Of a DNA stretch of 64,000 nucleotides, positions 1-7,110 are shown piece by piece. A program made the translations under genes and the position numbers. The stretch lies in the sequence record MF498773.1; one strand, written 5' to 3'. A model generated the notes under the pieces. It was not told the DNA's origin. It ran no database searches and saw nothing but the letters and a program-made list of their open reading frames with translations. Every line of letters begins with the position of its first letter. The stretch's first letter is position 1.

Positions 1-299
1 GTTACTTTTACGCTTAGGCCCTTACGGGAATCTAAGCCTTTAGATTTAACGTCATAACGGACGCGCTTATGTGATGGCTTGAATCAGTGGTCATTCACAA
101 GCAGACTCCCTATGTAACCTTTTACCCGTCACGGACTAGAACCTTATTACAGGGAAGGAACCTACATCACCATTTGAATAATGGGAGAGGTCGGGGTTCG
201 GTTTTTATTTTCTAGCTTTCACTAGATTTTTACAAATACCGGTGGGCTACTTAAAGCGTCGATTCTCATAGACCGGACTATTGACAAGAATCCAAAATT
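1..299 (-). ncRNA. Candidate large structured ncRNA, probably truncated at the window edge
   Basis: No ORF. Minus strand shows GNRA-capped hairpins (CTAG-TGAAAG-CTAG, CCC-GTAA-GGG, GTCC-GTGA-CGGG), a GATTCT/AGAATC stem with possible CCGGT/ACCGG pseudoknot, and long-range GTGATG/CATCAC and CTCCC/GGGAG pairings. Directly downstream of tRNA-Thr. Confidence 0.6.
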
Positions 300-375
300 T
301 GGTGCCGAATGTCCGACTCGAACGGACCACCCCAGCGTTACAAAGGCTGTGCTCTACCAGATGAGCTAATTCGGC
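300..375 (-). tRNA. tRNA-Thr(UGU)
   Basis: Cloverleaf GCCGAAT...ATTCGGC-A-CCA, anticodon TGT, T-loop GTTCGAG. Confidence 0.97.
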
Positions 376-654
376 TGACGGAATATAATCAGGATCGTTA
401 GACTGTGATTATATCCTAATGTGGTTGACATGCTATCATATCGAGGAAGGACGTTCAACCGATTTTGTCCATCTGTTCGTTGTTTGGTAAAGGACAGTTA
501 CCTCAAGTTCAACCCTGCTTGTCAAGGGGTAGTTACCATATCGTCTTTGTACTACCAATCCCGCCTGAAACCTAAAGGCACGTTTCAGGATATCCAGATT
601 CTCTATGGCTGGCTTATTCCGGGGCATACGTCGTTACCCGTTCTTTGTGCTAAG
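376..654 (-). ncRNA. Candidate ~280-nt structured RNA spacer
   Basis: Stems CCTGAAAC/GTTTCAGG, GGTAGT/ACTACC, TGTCC/GGACA, GGTTGA/TCAACC, ATATAATCA/TGATTATAT and closing CGGAATA/TATTCCG, between two tRNAs. Confidence 0.5.
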
Positions 655-730
655 TGGTCGGTGATACAGGACTCGAACCTGTGACCCTCTGGTCCCAAAC
701 CAGACGCGCTACCAACTGCGCTAATCACCG
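655..730 (-). tRNA. tRNA-Pro(UGG)
   Basis: CGGTGAT...ATCACCG-A-CCA cloverleaf, anticodon TGG. Confidence 0.97.
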
Positions 731-884
731 AAAAGTTCCAAATCAACTGTATTTTACATACCAGATGACCACATCCCTATAATGGTTGATTTGGATTACC
801 CCGTGCTTATCCGTAACGATTTAAAACCGCAAGGGGGCATCGTCTCCGAGGATTTTATCAGAACGTCTTCTAACTTCTTCTATT
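731..884 (-). ncRNA. Candidate ~150-nt structured RNA spacer
   Basis: 11-bp perfect stem TCCAAATCAAC/GTTGATTTGGA plus CCCCTTGC/GCACGGGG stem. Confidence 0.4.
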
Positions 885-975
885 TGGTGGATGTTGTTGG
901 ATTCGAACCAACTTGTTTACCCAGAGGGAACGGATTTACAGTCCGCCGCTACACCGCCATCGTAGCCGAACATCC
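885..975 (-). tRNA. tRNA-Tyr(GUA)
   Basis: GGATGTT...AACATCC-A-CCA, anticodon loop CTGTAAA, long variable arm. Confidence 0.95.
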
Positions 976-981
976 AGAATT

Positions 982-1058
982 TGGCTGGCGAGGTGGGATT
1001 CGAACCCACGACATACGGATTAACAGTCCGCCACTCTAACCTACTGAGTTACACGCCA
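982..1058 (-). tRNA. tRNA-Asn(GUU)
   Basis: Anticodon loop CTGTTAA, GTTCGAAT T-loop, encoded CCA. Confidence 0.96.
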
Positions 1059-1059
1059 T

Positions 1060-1137
1060 TGGAAGCGGGGGGTGGATTTGAACCACCGATTTCCAGATAA
1101 TGAGTCTGGTGAGAACTCCTGACTTCTCCACCCCGCT
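1060..1137 (-). tRNA. tRNA-Met(CAU), atypical
   Basis: AGCGGGG...CCCCGCT-T-CCA; anticodon arm CCAGA-CTCATTA-TCTGG. Confidence 0.9.
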
Positions 1138-1302
1138 ATGAATATTTAGGGTGGTCTTTCACCCTTCATGAATCTTGGTCATTATAACCCGGCTACATAC
1201 GCGCATCAACATCCCTTTTGATATTTTTAGAAGCGATGGGACTCTGTATCGCTTCATTATTATCGTAAGGTCAACGACCATTAAATTAGTGAGAGCTTAC
1301 GA

Positions 1303-1497
1303 CTATAGAATATATGCATTAACTATGGATTTTTCAATCTGTCTTACTGACGTAAGTTTATTCTTACCTTTAAACTTAAAGGCAGGTTCTCCATTTGGAG
1401 CAAACCCAAAGACTACTAAACTATGGCGTCCATTCTTCCAGTGGATTATACCATCACCAACTGACCAATTTTCAATTATGGATTTTATACCAGACAT
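1303..1497 (-). CDS. Small hypothetical protein (64 aa) in tRNA cluster
   Basis: ORF co-oriented with tRNAs, GAG RBS upstream. Confidence 0.6.
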   Translation of the reverse strand: MSGIKSIIENWSVGDGIIHWKNGRHSLVVFGFAPNGEPAFKFKGKNKLTSVRQIEKSIVNAYIL

Positions 1498-1519
1498 AAT
1501 ATAGCTCTCATCAAAAATT

Positions 1520-1596
1520 TGGTGGCCCCTACTGGACTCGAACCAGTGACCAACCGATTATGAGTCGGCTGCTCTAACCTACTGAGCTAAGGGGCC
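1520..1596 (-). tRNA. tRNA-Ile2(CAU, lysidine type)
   Basis: GGCCCCT...AGGGGCC-A-CCA with loop CTCATAA; near-identical in pattern to enterobacterial ileX. Confidence 0.92.
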
Positions 1597-1599
1597 AAA

Positions 1600-1669
1600 T
1601 GATATGTTCTTTAGTCGAGCCGACTTATCCGTATTCTTTCAACGGTGAGCTGATAGCTGTAACACATCA
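1600..1669 (-). ncRNA. tRNA-like cloverleaf element without CCA
   Basis: 9-bp closing stem TGATGTGTT/AACATATCA enclosing three hairpins (AGCT/AGCT, CCGT/ACGG, AGTCG/CGACT). Confidence 0.45.
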
Positions 1670-1680
1670 ATTTTAAATCT

Positions 1681-1756
1681 TGGAGCGGGTAGCCGGTAAC
1701 GATCCGGTCTACTCAAACTTGGAAGGCTTGCATGTATCCATAAACACCTTACCCGC
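1681..1756 (-). tRNA. tRNA-Gly(UCC)
   Basis: GCGGGTA...TACCCGC-T-CCA, anticodon TCC, non-canonical T-loop ATCGTTA. Confidence 0.93.
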
Positions 1757-1757
1757 T

Positions 1758-1841
1758 TGGTCGGGATGGACGGACTCGAACCGTCACGCCTATGGCGCTA
1801 GAACCTAAATCTAGTGTGTCTGCCAATTTCACCACATCCCG
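1758..1841 (-). tRNA. tRNA-Leu(UAG)
   Basis: CGGGATG...CATCCCG-A-CCA, loop TTTAGGT, long variable arm. Confidence 0.96.
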
Positions 1842-1918
1842 TGGTGCGCCGTACTGGATTCGAACCAGTGACCCACGCTTTAGAAGAACGTTGCTCTATC
1901 CAACTGAGCTAACAGCGC
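1842..1918 (-). tRNA. tRNA-Arg(UCU)
   Basis: GCGCTGT...ACGGCGC-A-CCA, loop CTTCTAA. Confidence 0.96.
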
Positions 1919-1919
1919 A

Positions 1920-1969
1920 ATTTATATAAACATCATATCACAGTTAGAAAGGATGTTTAACTTTTATTT
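1920..1969 (-). promoter_or_regulatory. Sigma70/early-type promoter cassette, copy 1 of an identical 50-bp direct repeat
   Basis: Minus strand TTAAAC-17nt-TATGAT with TGTG extended -10; identical to 3081-3130; directly upstream of tRNA-Arg. Confidence 0.75.
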
Positions 1970-2362
1970 GAAGTATTTTTCGAAGTAAGCGACTGGATGT
2001 CTAGCTTCTTCATCATACTCGTATTTAGGGGTGTCAGAAAACAATACCCTATAAGCAGTTTTCATCCCTGAACCATATGGTATCTCAATTTCATCGTTAA
2101 AGTCAAATGCTATATAACCTTTTTTACGGAGAGACCGACAACTAACACTCAACCAAGGTCCGCAACAGGATTTTAGTCTACCAATTGCGTAGATATCCTT
2201 TCCCTCGTTGTTAATATAGCAATAAATCTTGTCTACATCAACATCATGGATATTTTTCCATTCTTCACTGGTTTGTTTGAAGATCAAACTTGATTGAACC
2301 ACAGTAAGACCTTTCTTTATAAACTTACTAATACCAATGAGATGAATATCATGTTTATTCAT
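1964..2362 (-). CDS. Hypothetical protein (132 aa)
   Basis: ORF coupled to upstream ORF by ATGA overlap. Confidence 0.75.
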   Translation of the reverse strand: MNKHDIHLIGISKFIKKGLTVVQSSLIFKQTSEEWKNIHDVDVDKIYCYINNEGKDIYAIGRLKSCCGPWLSVSCRSLRKKGYIAFDFNDEIEIPYGSGMKTAYRVLFSDTPKYEYDEEARHPVAYFEKYFK

Positions 2363-2748
2363 GATAAACCTTCATATATTTCCATATCCCACGCAACGAT
2401 CTCGATAACTTTATAAGTATCACCGTCACCATTAGCCAGAGACCGAACACAAAAAGAAGGAAGGCATCCATGAACATCATACACTTTGTCATTGGTTATT
2501 TCTATATCACCAGTAACAATAATGATATTATCTTTCTTGTAAGTTTCTATGGAATTTAGAATACCAACCGGGTCTGGTGTATCTCTGACATTATCGATGT
2601 TAAAACATTTTTGACCAAAATTGATTAGAATAGGTAGTTTTTTAGAAAACTCATCTATAACTTGTTCATTCAAAATGAATTTTACACCATTCGTATTAAC
2701 CAATGAACTTTTTTCATTAAGGTTATAGGCCCCAAGCTTCACTTTCAT
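2359..2748 (-). CDS. Hypothetical protein (129 aa), weak resemblance to prohead-protease C-terminal fold
   Basis: ORF; LPSFCVRSLANG...YKVIEIVAWDM compared with gp21 IPGVSSRGLGS...YRLTVGVDVV. Confidence 0.7.
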   Translation of the reverse strand: MKVKLGAYNLNEKSSLVNTNGVKFILNEQVIDEFSKKLPILINFGQKCFNIDNVRDTPDPVGILNSIETYKKDNIIIVTGDIEITNDKVYDVHGCLPSFCVRSLANGDGDTYKVIEIVAWDMEIYEGLS

Positions 2749-2749
2749 T

Positions 2750-2887
2750 TTAATATCTCGATTTTTGATAGAAAGGCTTCAAATGTTTACCACGCATAAT
2801 CTTTACAAATTTACCTTTACAGTGATCTTCGTTGAAGATACTACCCCAAAGGACTCCACACATGTAATTTCTGATATATACGTTCAT
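2750..2887 (-). CDS. Small hypothetical protein (45 aa, MNVYIRNYMCG...)
   Basis: Manually translated ORF ending 1 nt before the next start. Confidence 0.55.
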   Translation of the reverse strand: MNVYIRNYMCGVLWGSIFNEDHCKGKFVKIMRGKHLKPFYQKSRY

Positions 2888-2985
2888 ATTAAGCATCTCA
2901 TATTGAATTTGTGAGATGATAAACTCGTTTAACGTCCAAAAAGCTCATTCAACAAAAAGGAATTTGAGTTTATCATCTCGTATTT

Positions 2986-3078
2986 TGGTGCGTGAGGTGG
3001 GAATCGAACCCACGATGTGCCATTATGCAGTATCGGATTTTAAGTCCGATGCGTTTCAACCAACTTCGCCACTCACGC
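2986..3078 (-). tRNA. tRNA-Leu(UAA)
   Basis: GCGTGAG...CTCACGC-A-CCA, loop CTTAAAA, long variable arm. Confidence 0.96.
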
Positions 3079-3080
3079 TC

Positions 3081-3130
3081 ATTTATATAAACATCATATC
3101 ACAGTTAGAAAGGATGTTTAACTTTTATTT
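3081..3130 (-). promoter_or_regulatory. Promoter cassette, copy 2 of the 50-bp direct repeat
   Basis: Identical to 1920-1969; directly upstream of tRNA-Leu(UAA). Confidence 0.75.
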
Positions 3131-3372
3131 TCTTTTATACCAAGTCGATATGCTTCTACACAGTATGCGTCGATCCTTGATACCGGGACCATAAAAGCTT
3201 TAGAAAGCCGAATCTTAATACGTTCGTTCTCTTTAGCCCGCTCATATAGTTTTCGAAATGGCTCTGGGTCTATAGGCTGAACAGAACATATTTGGTTTGC
3301 GATATCTAGCGGGTATATTCTTCCCGCACAATTTACTTTTTCTGTTTCTAAAAACATAATATCATTTCTCAC
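3118..3372 (-). CDS. Hypothetical protein (84 aa) with gp21-like N-terminal motif
   Basis: FLETEKVNCAGRIYP compared with this phage's gp21 FLQAEVPNGNGRIYP. Confidence 0.7.
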   Translation of the reverse strand: MRNDIMFLETEKVNCAGRIYPLDIANQICSVQPIDPEPFRKLYERAKENERIKIRLSKAFMVPVSRIDAYCVEAYRLGIKENKS

Positions 3373-4351
3373 TCAGATAAACATCATCGTGCTTATACTC
3401 TTTGAACTCATTGTATTTAGAGTCCGTAATTTCAAGACAGTCACCAACTCGAATCAAATCAACTTCATTTGACCAATTTGGTTTAGTTGATTCCACAACC
3501 ATAGAGTAAGGAATCTTAACATCCCATTCAACCGGAGTCAACTGAATTTTTTCTGTTTGGTTAAACCCAACAATCTGGATTTTTGTCATCATACGAACCT
3601 TTTCAAACTGCTTGCATGTCTGACGACCATATTCCTGTGATGTTAGCACAATATCCAAGTTATTACAACCAGCATAAAAATTTTCTAATTTTGCAAATTC
3701 TTCAATATTTTTGAAGATTGCATAAGTTGTATCGTCGTGATGAGCATAATCATTAATCTGATCTTGAGTTTTAATCAATCTGCTAAGTTCATAATGTTTT
3801 GCATTACCAATATGAACATTATCAATCATGATCTTAACATGATTCACAAGGATATCATCTTCTGGGTCTTCACTATCTTCGACCAACTCTTTCAGTCTTT
3901 CTTGGAGAGTTTTAAGATGTCTAGCGACTCGTTCCGGTGTTACCGGTAGCCAGTCATCTGCATCAGAAACGTCGTATACAGGTTTCTCCCACCAACAAGT
4001 AATACCAAACTCCGAAACGAGATCGTATACATCAGACTTTACTACAATAAAAGAAGTCTCGTATTTTGTTTTGCTCCATAGGTCTGGGATTGTCCAACGA
4101 TTTTCATCGTATGGATAAAATCCATGGGCTAAGTTCTCTTTAGAGACACCATCGTTAAACATGGATACGTTTTTCATTAAGCATTCTAACGCAAGATTAT
4201 CATCAATGTCAAACTCACCATAATCGTCATACACCGCAGTAAGTGGGAAAGCACTAATACAGTGTTTACCAGCAACTGGGATCAAGCGAACTTTATCACC
4301 ACCTTGAACGATTTGACGACTAACAGAACAAACAGTATTAAAACTACCCAT
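3362..4351 (-). CDS. Hypothetical protein (~329 aa, likely start MGSFNTVCSVSR)
   Basis: Long ORF; ATG follows the stop of a 45-aa upstream ORF. Confidence 0.85.
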   Translation of the reverse strand: MGSFNTVCSVSRQIVQGGDKVRLIPVAGKHCISAFPLTAVYDDYGEFDIDDNLALECLMKNVSMFNDGVSKENLAHGFYPYDENRWTIPDLWSKTKYETSFIVVKSDVYDLVSEFGITCWWEKPVYDVSDADDWLPVTPERVARHLKTLQERLKELVEDSEDPEDDILVNHVKIMIDNVHIGNAKHYELSRLIKTQDQINDYAHHDDTTYAIFKNIEEFAKLENFYAGCNNLDIVLTSQEYGRQTCKQFEKVRMMTKIQIVGFNQTEKIQLTPVEWDVKIPYSMVVESTKPNWSNEVDLIRVGDCLEITDSKYNEFKEYKHDDVYLSEK

Positions 4352-4352
4352 A

Positions 4353-4490
4353 TCACCACCAAACCACGGTTTTGATTTCTTTGTTATCAATCCAAAATGC
4401 AGCACGTTCAGTAACAACAAGGTGATCGTATTTTGATTTTACTACATCTTTCGCTTCGATTTCTTGACCATTTTTAAGAACTACTTTCAT
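4353..4490 (-). CDS. Small hypothetical protein (45 aa, MKVVLKNGQEIE...)
   Basis: AGGA RBS, ATG, stop abutting the next start. Confidence 0.65.
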   Translation of the reverse strand: MKVVLKNGQEIEAKDVVKSKYDHLVVTERAAFWIDNKEIKTVVWW

Positions 4491-4504
4491 AAACCATCCT
4501 ATCA

Positions 4505-4537
4505 AAAATAAACCCCTAACGAAAATCGCTAGGGGTG
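4505..4537 (-). terminator. Rho-independent terminator
   Basis: ACCCCTAGCG-ATTT-TCGTTAGGGGT followed by a T-rich tract. Confidence 0.75.
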
Positions 4538-4547
4538 TTAATACGTT

Positions 4548-4772
4548 TTACTGGCTAAGTTTGATCCGTTCATCAAACTGCATATATGAGAAAATTGCTT
4601 CGAAATCCTGATGGACTGCAATCGTTTTTTGCTTATCGGTTCCACGAACATCAAAGGTGATATAAGAAACACCGTTCTTCTCAGAGAGACCTTTGATCAG
4701 TTTGGTGTCAATAACGGTACGAGACGCACCACCAAATTCAGACGGATCCACAATATCAGCAATAAAAATCAT
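4548..4772 (-). CDS. Hypothetical protein (74 aa)
   Basis: ORF with AGGA RBS. Confidence 0.7.
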   Translation of the reverse strand: MIFIADIVDPSEFGGASRTVIDTKLIKGLSEKNGVSYITFDVRGTDKQKTIAVHQDFEAIFSYMQFDERIKLSQ

Positions 4773-4833
4773 TTATCTTTCCTTTTGTTATTTTATAAGG
4801 AGATTATAACACTATAATCTCCGGTTTTTAATT

Positions 4834-5847
4834 TTAAACTTTGTTAGCTTTCAACATAAATTTCTTGACAAGAGCTTCCATCTGTGCTCCACCAGAAGAA
4901 CTATGGGATTTCATGGTCTGAACAAGTTCTTTCATCACATCCATATTTTCCGGGGTTTCTATCTCATAGAAAGGAGTAGTTACAGACCAACGTTCTTTAG
5001 AACCGGTTCGACCACTGATATTCCATATACCTTTTCGCATCCATGTCATACGAGAAAAGTAAATCACAGAACCGTTACCAATGTCAACCGCGAAATCATC
5101 ACCACCCAAATGTTTTCCTTCAAGTTCTTTTTTGACGAAAAGAACATAATCGGCTTTCTTGAGCGGCTTGACCTTTTTATCACCAGAAAAAGCTTTCTTT
5201 AGCTTGGTTTCTGGGAAAAGGATTTTCGGATCCTTCATAAACTTTTCAGTTTCGGATTGGTTGTAATTGCTTTGGGTCATTTTTACTTTTTTACGGTCAA
5301 TCAGAACCTCAGTGAAAACACCCATCTTATCCAACTCAGGTTTATCAATACCTGCACCCAGAGCTTTGGTGATAAACACATGAGCCATTGCATTCAGATC
5401 AAAGAAAACTGTACGGTCTTCCGACGTAAATTTATAATCGACAGAAGAAGTTCCCCAAGTACCAACGGTAATTTTACGTTCAAATGTGAACTTTTTACCG
5501 CTCATCTTTTGGAAGTAGTCGAGATAAGCCTGAGTATCAAAAAACTTATCAAACATATGGGTCACGAAGTTAGTTACAACGTGTTTCTCTTCTTCCTGCT
5601 TCTGTTTTCGCTGTGCCCATGTAGCTTCTTGGGTTGCAGGAGAACCAGATTTTTTCAGTTCTTCGTAAGCTTGGTTTACTGCCTGCATTTTTTCGGTGGA
5701 ACCACCACGGTCTGGGTGATTATCCTTTGCTGCCTTGCGATATGCAGCCTTTAGTTGGTCATCAGTAAACTTACCAGTCAAACCAAGAGCCTTCATCGCG
5801 ACTGCTTGAGTCATAGATTCAAACAGCTCATTAAACATCTTAGACAT
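4834..5847 (-). CDS. DnaJ/J-domain co-chaperone (337 aa)
   Basis: N-terminal LGL...LKAAYRKAAKDNHPDRGGSTEKMQAVNQAYEEL with HPD motif; late promoter at 5871-5877. Confidence 0.9.
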   Translation of the reverse strand: MSKMFNELFESMTQAVAMKALGLTGKFTDDQLKAAYRKAAKDNHPDRGGSTEKMQAVNQAYEELKKSGSPATQEATWAQRKQKQEEEKHVVTNFVTHMFDKFFDTQAYLDYFQKMSGKKFTFERKITVGTWGTSSVDYKFTSEDRTVFFDLNAMAHVFITKALGAGIDKPELDKMGVFTEVLIDRKKVKMTQSNYNQSETEKFMKDPKILFPETKLKKAFSGDKKVKPLKKADYVLFVKKELEGKHLGGDDFAVDIGNGSVIYFSRMTWMRKGIWNISGRTGSKERWSVTTPFYEIETPENMDVMKELVQTMKSHSSSGGAQMEALVKKFMLKANKV

Positions 5848-5891
5848 AAAATTATTCCTCTATAAAACAGTATTTAGGCAACAACTATAGG

Positions 5892-6032
5892 TTACATCTC
5901 TTTGTTTTCGTTGTCAACTGTTTTTAACCAATCCAACCACTCCCGCACGGTCATACCTTCTGGTTTATAGATTGTATCTCCTTCAACTGCGATTCGCATC
6001 CGTTCTAGATCAAAATCAAAGTAGTCATCCAT
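5892..6032 (-). CDS. Small hypothetical protein (46 aa, MDDYFDFDLERM...)
   Basis: ORF; the longer start in the ORF track falls inside a terminator. Confidence 0.65.
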   Translation of the reverse strand: MDDYFDFDLERMRIAVEGDTIYKPEGMTVREWLDWLKTVDNENKEM

Positions 6033-6053
6033 TTGAATATCTTCCATAAAATA

Positions 6054-6081
6054 AAAGGGGTTGCTTAATAGCAACCCCTTT
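6054..6081. terminator. Palindromic rho-independent terminator
   Basis: AAAGGGGTTGCT-TAAT-AGCAACCCCTTT. Confidence 0.85.
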
Positions 6082-6087
6082 ATAACA

Positions 6088-6333
6088 TTATTCTTTTACA
6101 ACTTCAACCTGATTTTGTTTCAGGTGATTGATTTTATTCAGATAGAACTGAATATCCGAAGATTCTTCTTTGTCTAGTTCGAGTGCTTCCGCAAGCATAC
6201 TAAAGATTTTAGCATTTTGTTGACTAATTGCTACTGATTCTTCACTCATATCAAAAATACGGGCTTTCAGTACGATGATGTCACTAGACAGTTTTTGAAT
6301 TTGTTCTTGCATTTTATTTTTCCTATTAAACAA
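6088..6333 (-). CDS. 57A: Tail fiber assembly chaperone gp57A
   Basis: QKLSSDIIVLKARIFD matches recalled T4 57A QKLSAEIVTLKSRILD; position downstream of gene 1. Confidence 0.85.
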   Translation of the reverse strand: MFNRKNKMQEQIQKLSSDIIVLKARIFDMSEESVAISQQNAKIFSMLAEALELDKEESSDIQFYLNKINHLKQNQVEVVKE

Positions 6334-7069
6334 TTGATTTGATATTTTTCTTAAGAGCTTCTAATGTACCATCATTAAAAACTATAATATCACTTGCTGA
6401 TGGTTCTAAACCACGCTCGGTGATATGTGAATCGGTTGATACGATTCCAGTCTTGCAAATAAAGATTACTTTGGCACCATTATCACGACAAAATTGCATT
6501 TCGTGAGCCTGCCTTACATCGGTTATAATGATGTCTTTCCCATCATCCGGGATACACTCTAACCAATAATCACGTCTTACATTGACAACTAGATCCGTAC
6601 CAAGAACTTGCATCAGTCTACGAATAGACCATTTATATTTATTTTCAATTTCTGCTGCTTTTTTCTTATTACCAAAGAATTCAGCAAAGCCAATACACAA
6701 CATATCTTTTATTGTCATTTTGTCACTAGATCTAAATTCAGAGACAGAATTGAAAAGTTTGTGCATTTCACCGAATGTGAAATTGTTGTGTCTATGGCAG
6801 AACATTATAGCATTATTAAGAAGACTCTTTAATTCTAAAGTAGTCAAACCCAAATCTTGCTCTCGGTCATATTCAGTTTCTCCATTAACATCAGCAAAGC
6901 TGATATCTTTTGTTTTCTGAATACGTTGTAATCCATTATGGATGGATTTTTTAATTGGGTGAGCTAAAGCATATGGAACAGCCCCAGTAAGTTCTTGAAT
7001 GAACTTCGAGGCTGTGTCTTTACCCGTCCGTTTCAAACCAGAAATAGCGTATATCATATAGTACCTCAT
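6326..7069 (-). CDS. 1: Deoxynucleoside monophosphate kinase gp1
   Basis: ISGLKRTGKDT P-loop, RRLMQVLGTD, ITDVRQAHE motifs. Confidence 0.93.
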   Translation of the reverse strand: MRYYMIYAISGLKRTGKDTASKFIQELTGAVPYALAHPIKKSIHNGLQRIQKTKDISFADVNGETEYDREQDLGLTTLELKSLLNNAIMFCHRHNNFTFGEMHKLFNSVSEFRSSDKMTIKDMLCIGFAEFFGNKKKAAEIENKYKWSIRRLMQVLGTDLVVNVRRDYWLECIPDDGKDIIITDVRQAHEMQFCRDNGAKVIFICKTGIVSTDSHITERGLEPSASDIIVFNDGTLEALKKNIKSIV

Positions 7070-7110
7070 CTTTTTGTTTATTATACCTCAAGACGAAGCA
7101 CCTTTAGATT

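Noticed and set aside
1-299. Identification as tmRNA, RNase P RNA or a group I intron (AATAGTCC resembles the S element)
   Set aside because: No tRNA-like ends or tag frame, no P4 consensus, and no matching P/Q/R elements were found
436-627. 63-aa ORF in the tRNA-Pro/Thr spacer, and plus-strand ORFs 421-684 and 782-1039
   Set aside because: No convincing RBS; they overlap tRNAs or dense RNA stems, so RNA structure explains the sequence better
5257-5754. 165-aa plus-strand ORF
   Set aside because: Antisense shadow of the J-domain gene
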